The translations under genes were made by a program, and so were the position numbers. Below, one piece after another: positions 14,198-27,275 of a stretch of DNA of 64,000 nt. Where the stretch lies: the NCBI RefSeq assembly GCF_006345805.1, contig NC_043002.1, positions 64,170,001 through 64,234,000 on the forward strand, written 5' to 3'. Each line of letters begins with the position of its first letter. The stretch's first letter is position 1. This stretch comes from Octopus sinensis (lineage: Eukaryota). Below the pieces are notes generated by a model. That model was not told the DNA's origin. It saw nothing but the letters and a program-made list of their open reading frames with translations, and searched no databases.

Positions 14198-14200
<3 letters not shown>
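13769..14200 (+). mobile_element. Solo pseudo-LTR of the 40-45 kb Penelope-like element with 45-bp 5' inversion
   Basis: 13816-14200 is near-identical to 45192-45576. 13769-13813 is an inverted copy of an internal segment. Both flanks are (TA)n. Confidence 0.95.
13901..13989 (+). ncRNA. Hammerhead ribozyme in solo pLTR
   Basis: CTGAAGA 13908-14; stem II gaaagacacaa/ttgtgcctttc; GAAA 13970-73; palindromic ACACGTGT; predicted GTA cleavage after 13981; stem I tttcttc/gaa(t)gaaa. Confidence 0.85.
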
Positions 14201-14272
<72 letters not shown>

Positions 14273-15000
14273 GTATATATATATATGCATCCTCAGAAAC
14301 CACTCATTAACAGTAAATATGAAGACAGAGCGACGGTATCGAGGACTGAGTGTGGAGGTATTTAGTAAAGTATACGTTTACCTCACGAACATGCACAGTG
14401 TTGTGAAGATCAATTTCCCCTTTTTCATAAATGTACGTTTCTTCGCTAGCTCTATGGGAATATTCCTCCATTCAACAATCCATTTTGGTAGAAAAAAGTA
14501 TAAAGAATAGGAATTAGTTACTAGCTGCAACACAATGGAATAATTACGCACTACAATCTATCGGGCAACGTATACAATATGATGTAAGAATCAGCAATCA
14601 ATTCCAAAATTAAATAAAACTTCAAACTACGACAACATTTCTATAAATTAATACAGCAAAATTACTATGTAATCTAATGTAACAATATAGTTATGATTAC
14701 GAATGCTTCAAAATATTCGTGATAATTTTTTTGAATATTGCAATCTTCAGAAATTGTTATAGATTGTAGTGTACGAAACAGTTTAATATGCCGATGGTAG
14801 AGAATCCCATATAATAAAATAGTCCAAAGGTTTAATAATTGAACTGAATGAAAACTAAGAGTGTATTAAATTTATTATAAATTATAACATGCCGAAATAC
14901 TCATTTATTCTGCTATAATAAAATGTTATACGATATATATTTTCGTGTGTATGTCTTTACGTATATATATATATATTGTTTTGTTTTTGTTTTTTGTTTT

Positions 15001-15207
15001 TCCAGTTTCAGCTCTTGAGCTGTGGCCATGCTGGGGCACCGCCATTGTGGTGAAAGAGTACAGCAGGGATCACCACCCCCTGCCGGAGCCTCGTAGAGCT
15101 TTTAGGTGTTTTCGCTCAATAAACACACACAACGCCCGGTCTGAGAATCGAAACCGCGATCCTGCGACCGCGAGTCCGCTGCCCTAACCACTAGGCCATT
15201 GCGCCTC
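15001..15207 (-). mobile_element. tRNA-derived SINE (family D) with LINE-like tail
   Basis: Head gaggcgcaatggcctagtggttagggcagcgg...gtttcgattctc. Tail ggcggtgccccagcatggccacagctcaagagctgaaac is shared with the LINE at 19.1 kb. Confidence 0.85.
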
Positions 15208-15387
15208 TATATATATATATATATATATATACATAGAGAGAGAGAGAGAAAGATATAGACAGATACATACATATATAGATATATAAATTCATGTAAAAAT
15301 ATCCATATGTATGTGTTCATATATGTATATTTTTGTGTATATATATATATATATATATATGTTTGTATATTTATCTGTGTGCATATT

Positions 15388-15471
<84 letters not shown>

Positions 15472-16559
15472 ATATATGCCTATGTATGCATTTACATGTA
15501 TGCATATGTATTTATATGCATGCATATGCGTATGTATATATATATGCATATATGTATATGTACACACACACACATATATATGAGTATTAATATATATATA
15601 TTACTTAATGTACACAGTACATATTTAAGAGCTAATAATGCTTTCATAAGTTGGAGATGCTATCTAGACTGATTTTAATAATATGCTTAGTTTCTACAAT
15701 CTCTCAGCTCTGGTGTCATTTTCTCTTGAGATTACAGTGAACATATTAACAGAAAAGCAAAGTGAAAATATGTACATACGCACACACAAAGACACACACA
15801 CGCACATACACATACAGATTCACGGACAGACAGACTGACAGGCCACTGGCAACCATTATCCGACATTGCATTTATTATAACATGCTGTATATATTAATTC
15901 TTCTATAGCAGACGTGATTTCTACGTACCCCATATTATTGAAATGTACTTTGTTCGACCTTACTAATTTCTGCCGAGCTTTTCCCCAAATATACTCGAAG
16001 GTTTAATGTGATTCTGAGTTTGATAATGCTTTTCATTGTTTCCCAGGTGTGTGTGTTTGTTAGTAATCTTCTCCTTTTCATAGATACCATTTCTTTGCAT
16101 AGACCAGCTCATAGCCACTGATCTGTGATGCTGATGCTGTCAGATAAATTTATTAGAGATATTATGTATAGGCAAAAGAAATGTGTATGTTTATTTAAGA
16201 ATGCATATTTACAGTCCATTTGTATCGCAGATGCACATTGTTGTGGCTATGTTTTTGGAATTGATATTTCGAACCCACAAACAACTATAACACGATGATC
16301 TGCCGTACTGGCGCCTGCAGCAAAGTTCCTTTTGTTTTATGTGAAGGAAAAAGAAGAAGCGATCTCTTCTATTACCTTTTTATTATTGATTTCTAGACGA
16401 TTGACAGCATGGTTGACTAACACAGAGTTTCAGATCGGAATGCTTTCAAGCGAACTGTACCCAGCAAGCCAATTCAACGCCTTCATAAACATACTTGCAC
16501 ACATCCGCATGTATGTGTTTTATGTGTATCCTACATACAACCTCACCCCCTTATATAGA

Positions 16560-16763
16560 TAAGGACCATAAAGGACCGCTGAAATCTCCAAGGTTTATTT
16601 TCAGATTTATTTTATCTACAGGTTTATTTTCTCTTATTCCTTTCTGTTGAAGAAGGTAGGCTCGAAATGTAAAAGACTTTTTCATTTTCCCGAGCGTCAA
16701 ACTAATACAATTACTTGTTCATGCACCAGCCTTCGTCTTTTATTTTTCTATAAATTTCAACTT
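16560..16763 (+). mobile_element. Short HHR-like element, mini-family B (degenerate copy)
   Basis: cttt-CTGTTGA-a-gaag-gtag-gctc-GAAA-tg-TA-aaag at 16640-16675; downstream gagcgtcaaactaatac...cttcgtctttt matches the copies at 26.8 and 48.7 kb. Confidence 0.65.
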
Positions 16764-19080
16764 TATACATATATACATATATGTGTGTGGGTGTGTGTAT
16801 GTGTGTATGTGTGTGTGTAGATATACATATGCTTATAAACAGCGAGAGACACATATATATGAGACACACATATATAAGGATGTACATGCGCGTGTGTGAA
16901 TTCATCCGTTTATCTGAATCTAAGCCTTTTCCCGATTTCATTTCTTTTATAGTATGCGTAATACTTTCATGTGCATATGTATATTTATGGCTGTGATTGT
17001 GTGTTTATGTATATGTATGAGATTGTATATGCGTCTGTACATATCTGTATACGTTCGTCTGTTCTTTCACTGGATTGTATGATTTTGAAAAACATCAAAT
17101 AATGTTTTTTAAGTGCGGCGTTAGTAGTGCTGATGAAGGAGATGCGGCGCAATAACAACAAAGACTTAATAGAAATTAATTGCCTGAGGGTTTTTCTAAT
17201 GCCCGAAGACATCTGCAATAGATTTAATCTCAGAATTCTAATGAAAAGCGAGAATAGAAAGAAAGCTCTCCAGAAGGAGAGGAAAATAGAAATGGAAAAA
17301 TTGAAATATGAAAATAACTAACAGAAGAAAAAAATATAATTTCGCAAAACAACAAAATGGATGCATTGTTAAATGTTTAGTATTGGAGATTTTAAGTAAT
17401 GTTAATACAGAAAGGAGATTATTGCTACTAATACCCATTGTTGTAATGTCGTGGCAATTATTCTAAAATATTATTATTGTTCTTGTTTATATTATCGTCG
17501 CTAATATTATTATTATAAAAACTAATAATAATAATGATGATGATGATGATGATGATGATGATAATAATAATAATAATGATAATAGAAGTAACATATTCTT
17601 ATTGTTGATATAACAATCACATTCGTTATAACAATGACCAAAAAGAAAAGGAAACAGAACAATAAATTAAAATTGATGATGCAGTGTTAATGATGATGAT
17701 GATGATGAGAAGGGGGAGGAGGGAGATGGTAATAATAATAATAGTAATAATAATAATAATATTATTAATAATAACAACAATAACAACTATAATGATAATG
17801 ATAAGAATAATAATGATATTAATTACAGTGTTAAAAACAACTTCTTAGTATGGTGGTGAAATATTATAATGATTTCTACCTTTGCAAAATTATGGAAAAA
17901 TATAATATTCAGGAAAAAAACATTCATAATTTCCACATAATGAAAATATTCATGATTACAACAACGATTGACCATTAATAAACAACACTTCTCTACAAAG
18001 GCCCAGCTACACAGATTCGACTCATTAGAGAGAAAAAAAGCGCAATTCGAGGTTATTGAAGAACATGTCAACCTATCAAATTACAACAATATGAAAATAT
18101 AAATCTAACTCCACTATAAAGCACCACAATATTTAGTTGGGTATTGACAATTAATGTTAATATCAAACAATTAACAAGTTAAACGGAATTGACCTGAAAG
18201 TCCTCAGAATTGCATAAGTTTCGTTATTTGTTACTTTTTCTTTTATGATTTATTGACTAGGATCTTGCTGGTGCATCACCTTGATGGCTTAAGTCAAAGA
18301 AATTGAAACCAAAATGTATTTTCAAGTTGGTATTTTATTCTTTCAGCTTCTTTTCGCCGAAATTTTATATTACAGGAATGTGGGACGCAAACCAACAAAC
18401 TTTTGCTGAGCCACGTGGAAAGGAAATACATGCATAGCTATATACACATTTATGCACATGTCTCTGCTCCTGTGTATGTACTTGTGTGTGTGATTTTATC
18501 TGATGAGATTTAGTACAATTTGCGGTTACCAATTATATTTTTATAAGCATTGGTAACGTAGGAGTTATAATAACTGACACTTATCTCAGCTATACGGTAG
18601 ACTAAGACCGGAACATGTCTTTATGAAGCAGCCTTCTTAAATACACGTCCACCTACTCGCACCTTATTTTCTCCATGTTCGTAAAATATTAGCCTGGTAT
18701 AGAACTTGAGTCTGCCTATTGTAGTTCGGCTTGAATTGTTTCTATATAAAGACAATTTGCTGTCGAATCTTGAACACCTCTGAATATATGTATATGGGAA
18801 CACATCTGACATGAGATCCAATGAGAGCAACAAACGACTGATATAGAAAATTATAATCCAGTAGATTGAAGTATTTCATCACTGAGCAGTATATTGCAGG
18901 TTAAACCATATAAAAGATTATTGGGTTACCGTCGGTTTCGTGCCGAATATTACACTAGGAACTGTTGACGAGTTTTCAGACGTGACAGTCGGAAGCAGAG
19001 AGCCCTTTTTGTACGGAATGTATATATAAGCTCTGTTGGAATATATGTTGGCAAAAAAAAAAACGGAACAAATCAAAAAT

Positions 19081-19490
19081 TATTTTATTTTTATTTATTT
19101 TATTTTATCTAGTTTCAGCTCACGAGCTGTAGCCATGCTGGGGCACCGCCATTCGGTGTTGCTACATGATTTTACTCCACTAATGCTTTTTAGCAATTGA
19201 CATTTGGTGCATGAGAGTGTTTGATGCAGCTGCTCTCATCTACACCTCCTGCCGTGAAGTTGGTTCATCTGGGACACCTGACAGGAAGAGGTCCAGCTTT
19301 ATTTTAAAGGCATCTGCATCCACTCCATGCAGGTCTCTCAGGTCCTTCGGGGGGATATTGAAGAGCTGGGGACATCTGAAGCCCAAGCTATCACAGTATT
19401 TTGTCTTACATCTTGATGGCAAATTTGGTGCCTTTGGCAATATGCAGTGGCGCCCAGTTCTAGTATTTGTGTAATAATGAAAATGCTTAA
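19081..19490 (-). mobile_element. LINE 3' end (CR1/L2/Jockey-group-like) with (AAAT)n tail
   Basis: ORF remnant ...PQLFNIPPKDLRDLHGVDADAFKIKLDLFLSGVPDEPTSRQEV. 3' UTR gaatggcggtgccccagcatggctacagctcgtgagctgaaactagataaaataaaat. Confidence 0.75.
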
Positions 19491-21218
19491 TATTTTCCGG
19501 GAGGAAGGAAAAATGTATTTACCAAAGATTAATGTCAGCCGTGTTTGAATCATGTCGGACGCATATATCTACATCTATGTCATTCCCTAATGCAAATATT
19601 GGCAGGGATACGTTATGGAATCGAATTTCTGCTCATAAAGTCACCTGTTTGAGTTCTGAATGTTTTCTAAGATGGTGGGTCATAGATGTTTCTGAGAATG
19701 AATCCTTAGTATTAATCCTAAAGGGTGGATATGAGATCACATAAGCACAATAGTTTTCCGATAAATATTAAGGGTGTAGTTCTCTTCTCTCTTCTAATCA
19801 TTCAAATTGTACGGCTTTTAGTATGCCAATATTTCTGTAGAAATCTCAAAGTAACGTTGTTTTTGCTTACGAAGCGGGTACCATATAGGATAGGTATATA
19901 TCTTTCATTGTTGCGTTGATTCTGTAGTGGATAAATTCGAGAATTCCCGCTAGCTGATGTTATATGGTTAGCCTCTGTTACCTATAATGTTGCGGATTTA
20001 CAATTAAACGTATTATTTCTTATGTACAAGGAATACAGATTATCCAACGCGATGCGATCTACGTTTATTGGGTGAGTTTTAAAAGATATGTTTACTAATC
20101 TATGAGGAATATCAGCAAAATCTCATTGAAATCATTCGTAGCTCATTTGTAACCTCTTCAGCGGCACTTCGTCTTTGTGTGGTCTCTTGCCCCACTTATT
20201 TCATTCTGTTCTTCTATGATGTGTATCCTTATGTGTGCATTCGTTTGCGATCGTGTTTGTATGTGCGTTTGTGTATCCATGTGTATGTATATGTTTATGC
20301 TTGTATGTGTGTCATTGTTTAATAGCAGTATGACTTCCACTCAGCCCCATCCTCGAACCCCGTTGTCACTGCGGCTGTCCTAGGACCCGAAAATTTGGTA
20401 CGATTCCTGAATTTCTTTGTGTTTCTGTGTTCTCCCACGGTGCCGCCATCGTGGTAGTTGTTGTAGTTGTTGTTATTGAAATCTCAACCCTACTGTTTTA
20501 GAAAACGATGTGTAAGATAAGATGTCAGTAAGCGAATTTTTTGTACACAAGCAAATACGAATTACTAAATTAAATTACTAAAGGATCAAAAATTCTTTCG
20601 TGTTACTCTATTTTGCCTCTAGTAAACATTAATAGTCGGCATAAGGATAGTTTCATAAGTGAACGAATTTCTCGGGCCTCGAATCACTCTGTTTGCTTCT
20701 GCTAAATACACACACACATATATATTAGGGAGTATTTTACGTAGTCTTTATACTTATTATATAATGTTTATTCATTTCTTGTACTTTTTGTGATCTAGAT
20801 ATATGTTTTATAATATATTTTATTTTTTCTATATGATATGGTTTATGTCTATCATTGTTTGAATTACATAATAGAGGTTTTTCTTTAATTTATATATATT
20901 TATATATATATATAACATTGTATTATATTATATATAGTTGTGTTTTGAGTCCTGTGTTTCTTGTTTGAAACGTTAACCTCTTATAGGGACATATTTATAA
21001 GTAGAACAATATATATCTAAGTAGATCGACACAGATATTTTTACAGATGATATCTGAAAAGAAACGGCAATTTTAATAAAACACATTAAGTAATGCTAAT
21101 AATAACACAAAAATCATAAAAATAAAAAAGCTTTTGACGGTATTTCAAAATTATGGTGCTATGATATTAACTGTTTCCATTATTTTCTCCAACCCCAGTA
21201 TCTCTCCCTCTCTCTCTG

Positions 21219-21252
<34 letters not shown>

Positions 21253-21253
21253 G

Positions 21254-21297
<44 letters not shown>

Positions 21298-21629
21298 GTA
21301 TATATATATGCGCAAGAGTGGTTATGTGTAAGGAGCTTGCTTCTCAGCCAATGAAAATGCTTGAAATACGAAGTAGAAAACAGCCAACAACTGATGAATG
21401 GTCATATTTTCGTGTTGTTTGTCTTCTTTTCCGTTTGCTTCTTCCGTTTCATGTTGTATTTCATGTTGTTTTTGTATTTTATGTTCATTTCATGCTGTTT
21501 ACGTTCCGTGGTGTCTCCTGGGCCCATATATGCATGTATATAGAAACATATGTAGGTACACATATATGTGTATGCATGCATATATATTTCTATATTATTT
21601 CTATATTATATATAAATATATATATATAT

Positions 21630-21689
<60 letters not shown>

Positions 21690-21717
21690 AGTATGTATAT
21701 AGATAGATAGAAAGATA

Positions 21718-21964
21718 TTCATTTATTGTCTTATTTGCTTCAGTCATTGAAATGCGGCCATGCTGGAGCACCGTCTTTAGTCGAGCGAGCACATTGACCC
21801 AGGACTTATTTCCTAAGCCCTCTACTTATTCTATCGGACGCCTTTACCGAACTGCTAAGATACACATGAGCATCGGTTGTCAAGCGATGTTCGGGTGACA
21901 AACACAGACACACAAATATGCACACACAGACACACAGACATACGCACACACATGTACACACGTA

Positions 21965-22020
<56 letters not shown>

Positions 22021-22161
22021 CGCTTCTTTCAGCTTCCGTCTCCCACATCCACTCCCGAGGCTAGAATAGATTACACTCACCCTAGATGCCACGCAGTGGG
22101 AGTAAACCCAGAGCCATGCATGTGCTTGGGTAAAAAGCTTCTTACCACACAGCCACACCTG
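21718..22161 (-). mobile_element. SINE family A
   Basis: Both halves plus internal (CA/TA)n, homologous to 53589-53997. Confidence 0.75.
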
Positions 22162-22575
22162 CACCTATATGTATTCAGGTACATATTACCTCTCTCTCTT
22201 ACCAGGTCAAAAAGAAATCCGTCTGAACCGAAAAAGGTTTCATTTTAGGACAATACATAATTCATTTATCAAAGCAAATACAGGTGCCGAAAATCTATTC
22301 CCATACTCCATCAGGCTTTGAGAGAAGATCGACATCAAACAATATAATATAAAGCGCAGCTGCTAATGAACAATTCCTCCAAGTATATGCAAGAATAAGA
22401 ATAAAATGGCGTTGTTTATAAGCATTTACCTGTCCTATGCCCCAAGGGGTTATTTAGAGTATATGAGTTGACGCTCATATAAACAACATTTGAAGTGGTG
22501 TATTTTACAATGTGGAAGGTGTTTTCTTTACGCTCCTGTCATCGCTGTTCCCAAATAAATAAACAACGCATCACG

Positions 22576-23200
<625 letters not shown>

Positions 23201-24069
23201 ATATATTGAGAGAGGCAAAGAGAGAGAGTGAGGGGTGAGAGACAGACAGAAAGACAGATATAAACATACATAATTTGCAAACATCATACTTCACTGCTTT
23301 CAATCTGCGATACCCCGCGTTTTAAACGCAGTTACCTGTTATTGATGTATTTATTACTGCAGTATCGACGTAGTAAATATCACAAGCTACCAATAATATA
23401 TATGTGAGTTAGAACGTACAATATCAGATATATTTTCCCCTTAATATTGGCAGTCTTGAATTTCCAAAGGCCATATGATATGCTAAAATATATTTTTCTG
23501 CTTTTAAGGTATGTGAAACATGCTTCCATACAGCGTACGGCTGTCTTTCGCTTATTCTTTCTCATTAGGCTTATTGATGTTTGATCATGTCAGCATGTCA
23601 CATCTATCGAAATATTGAAAAGTATTTACGTTGAAGTTTTGTATTATACGTAGACAAAATATATGTATCTCTCAGGGATATTAACTTTATTTTGTACAAT
23701 AATCGCGTTACTTTAAGTATAACTACTGGAATGAGCAACATCGTGAAAATTTATGGTATGTGAAATAAAATGTTATCTGCCATTCTAATATTCATTTCGT
23801 CTCGGAAAGGAGTTATCTTTGAATATATTTCCTTATTGTTTCACCTCGTCATATTCCTGAAATACCTATGAGTTTAGGAACAAATACAGAAGTATTATTG
23901 CAAAGAAATAGGAGTAAAAAAAAATATCATGACCAACATGAAATAGTAATGGTTACGTGATAACAATTTGCGTGAACATAAACAAGCTAAAATGCAGAGA
24001 TAGGACAAAATTATCAAGCTAAGAAGCTATAAGATGTCTTGCAAACAACTTGCACGTGCAAGTGCTACC

Positions 24070-24670
24070 AGTCAATAACTACATATACCGAAAGCCAGCA
24101 AATGTATGGGGTCATCAGGAGAGAATGCGCGCCGTTTTGGAGCCTACCTCTCGACGGCATCAATGCGCACCGACCCCCCTCACTGATATGAGGCCCCGCT
24201 TGCTAGATTAGCTGGTTATCAAATGAAGCTCAATATCCTTCTAGCCATCGCTCATCGTCTCTTTTTAACCAAATCCAGTGGCTAGCCTTCTCCACTGTAG
24301 ATTGGATATCGGTTTTGGTGGTATTGACTTTACGATGAGTTAGGCCTAGCGATAACAACAGTCGTCTCACACTGTGTCCAACGGACTCTCTACATCCGAC
24401 TTCGATTGGAAAATGTTCCGCTTTCCAGCCTGCGTCTTCACATTCCACGAGGAGGTTTACATAACGGTTAAATTTTCGAGCCCGAGCGGTGTCCATATTA
24501 TCTTCATGAGGAACCGTTAGCTCAACTATATTTACAACTTTCCTTCTTTCACACCACATCAAAATATCTGGGTTTTTTCGTAATTGGGATGGGAAAGAAA
24601 ACCTGGCACCCAGGAAAATCTGCAGTTACATTCCAATAGCCGTTCCACTTTTCATTTCTCACAGGAAATT
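24070..24670 (-). mobile_element. 5'-truncated R2-superfamily LINE (HERO-like) restriction-like endonuclease end and 3' UTR
   Basis: K-PDILMW...VNIVELTVPHEDN...RKFNRY...C...GW...FPIEVGCR...EKASHWIW: PD-(D/E)xK-type REL domain with HERO-like signature (stop at 24230). Confidence 0.8.
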
Positions 24671-25181
24671 TCTTGAAACGGACCCGCTTTAGGATTTGTT
24701 TAGCAATTGAGGATTAGTTTAAATAACTCATTGGTTAGACAACAGATCGTTAACTGTTTCATTCTTTCCAGAATTAAAATGCTTGTTTCTCCAAATTGAG
24801 AAGTTGTATGTAACATTACTGGCAAATATAATGCGAGTTTATAAAATAAATATCTCAGTTGAAGAATAATGGTATTCCTAAATCCATTAAACTTTCAAAA
24901 CAGACTCTATCTTACCGGCTCAAATACTTGTAGTTATTGGCATACTCCCTGAGAGTTGTAGTAGATCTCAAAGGATAATCAGAATGGATAATTAATGTAC
25001 CAAAGAATATCCTGAATTTTACCAAACTTGGTATTGTACATGGCCAACAATTGAAACTATGCAGAAACGTGTAAAGTAAATGTGTGAAAAATCCATAGCA
25101 AGAAAAAAAAAAGCATTTATTTGTTCGAAGTAATCAATACATATTTAACACAGTCATGTCTTGAACGCAATATAGGAGTTC

Positions 25182-25216
<35 letters not shown>

Positions 25217-26368
25217 GACGCACACACAGACGCACACACACACACACACACGGACGCACACACACACACATATTTATTTATGTATGCATACATTAATATG
25301 TTTATATTTACATATATCTGTAAACTTTGAAACTTTTTAACGTCTCTTACATGAGAAATCGATTATTTTTATAATACATCAAGGTGATGAAATAGCATCC
25401 GAACATTTAAATATATGCCTGTATACATATTCGTGTGTGTTCGTGTATGTGTGTGTTAATGTGTGTGCATGTGTGTGTGTGCATTCGTATACGTGTGGGT
25501 GCGTAAATGTATTCTCTCTCTATGTGTGTATGTGTGCATATTTATGTATGCATGTGCTTGTATTTGTTTGTTAGTGTATGTTCCAGTTTTCAGGATTAGC
25601 AAATATCGGATTTCTTTGAATAAATAACAGCCTATGCAGTAGAAATATATTCGATGACAGAGAAGTAACGTAAAGACACAAGCTTTTGTTATGATATCCG
25701 AGAGTATTTTTGGTGGGAGCATCTTCCGAAATGAAATGGTCCATTCTTTTTGATTCCATGCTACTGATTTTCTGTTTGTGACTGGTGAACATAAATCACA
25801 CAGATGATAATCATTAAGAGGAGTTAATCCTAAAGCATTTCATATTTTCTGACGGATTCATGCTGTTTTCAATTGTGCTGTGTCGTCAAAAGCATTCACT
25901 GGGCGACCAGATTTTGGCCATAGGTCGTCAATCTTACAGGAGTAACACAACTGGAATTTTAATACATTAATGTCTTTACATAATGTTGTGTGCGGAACAT
26001 TTAACAGCTATTTATTTTTTTTTAGCTGTGTTTGTGATTAAATAAAACAAACTGGAAAATGTAGCAGTAGCAGAAACAAAAATCAGAGCTGAATAATTTT
26101 CAATGCAGATATATGGCTGTTTTATAAACTGCATTTAACGAACAAGATACACGTGTGCCCAGAAACTCGGGTCCGTGTGTATCACGCCAGGCTGGAGATG
26201 GGAGGGATGACTTCCCTCTGCAAACACTGTTAGGGCACAGAAAGTGTGACAATGGCCATCTGGAGGAGATGTCTTCTTGGGTCTACAAGCTACAGCAACA
26301 TCAATACTTAAGGGTTAGACACATTAAGTTGTAAGTATATTTCAGGGTATACATACATACTTATATAC

Positions 26369-26450
<82 letters not shown>

Positions 26451-26474
26451 TTGTATGTATTCACAAACACACAC

Positions 26475-26513
<39 letters not shown>

Positions 26514-26617
26514 CATATAATATATACATATATATATATATATATAAAATATTATTCGAGACAAAACCACTATTTTGCAAAACAAACAAGGAAAGACTTA
26601 ATTAATACATAAAATTT

Positions 26618-26676
<59 letters not shown>

Positions 26677-26699
26677 TATATTATATAATATATATATAT

Positions 26700-26735
<36 letters not shown>

Positions 26736-26943
26736 GGGAAGTTTTACGAAAATAAACAAAAGACGAAGGCAGGATGAGTACAAACAAACAAATGTATTAG
26801 TATAGCGCTCAGGAATAAAAATAGAAAAAAAGTCTTTTACGTTTCGAGCCTACGCTCTTCGACAAAAAGATACACAGAAAAAACAGGGAGAGAAACAAGC
26901 AGAGAAAAAGAAGTCGTGTAGGAGCTAACGATCTATCATGGTG

Positions 26944-26945
<2 letters not shown>
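26736..26945 (-). mobile_element. Short HHR-like element, mini-family B (best copy), in (TA)n
   Basis: Minus strand cttt-TTGTCGA-a-gagc-gtag-gctc-GAAA-cg-TA-aaag (26869-26834). Begins catgatagatcg, ends ttccc+(TA)n as in the 48.7 kb copy. Confidence 0.7.
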
Positions 26946-27019
<74 letters not shown>

Positions 27020-27023
27020 TATA

Positions 27024-27055
<32 letters not shown>

Positions 27056-27069
27056 TTGTATATGCTTAA

Positions 27070-27275
27070 GTGTGTATCTGTCTGTGTTTGCCCCCTCCTC
27101 CTACCGCTGTCACTTGCCAACCGATGCTGCGCGTATATATCCCTGTAACTTCAGCAGGAGAGGCAGATGGAATAAATACTTGTTTTACAAGGAATATAAC
27201 ACTTGGGGTCGATTTCTTCGATTAACATTTTTTAGGGCGGTGATTCAACATGGCCGCAGTCAAAGGACTGAAACA
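27070..27275 (+). mobile_element. SINE family A, 3' half
   Basis: cttgccaaccgatgctg...ggggtcgattt...ggcggtgattcaacatggccgcagtcaaaggactgaaacaag. Confidence 0.75.

Noticed and set aside
19601-19722. Candidate exon DTLWNRISAHKVTCLSSECFLRWWVIDVSENESLVLILK with faint CUB-like spacing
   Set aside because: Weak acceptor and donor (gtggat), no partner exons found, similarity too vague.
20340-20460. GC-richer patch with GCCGCCAT (YY1-like / ATGGCGGC on minus strand)
   Set aside because: Minus-strand ORF closes after 27 codons; a single motif is not evidence for a promoter.
24980-25080. EWIINVPKNILNFTKL, CUB-like phrase
   Set aside because: In-frame stop immediately upstream and no plausible splice acceptor.
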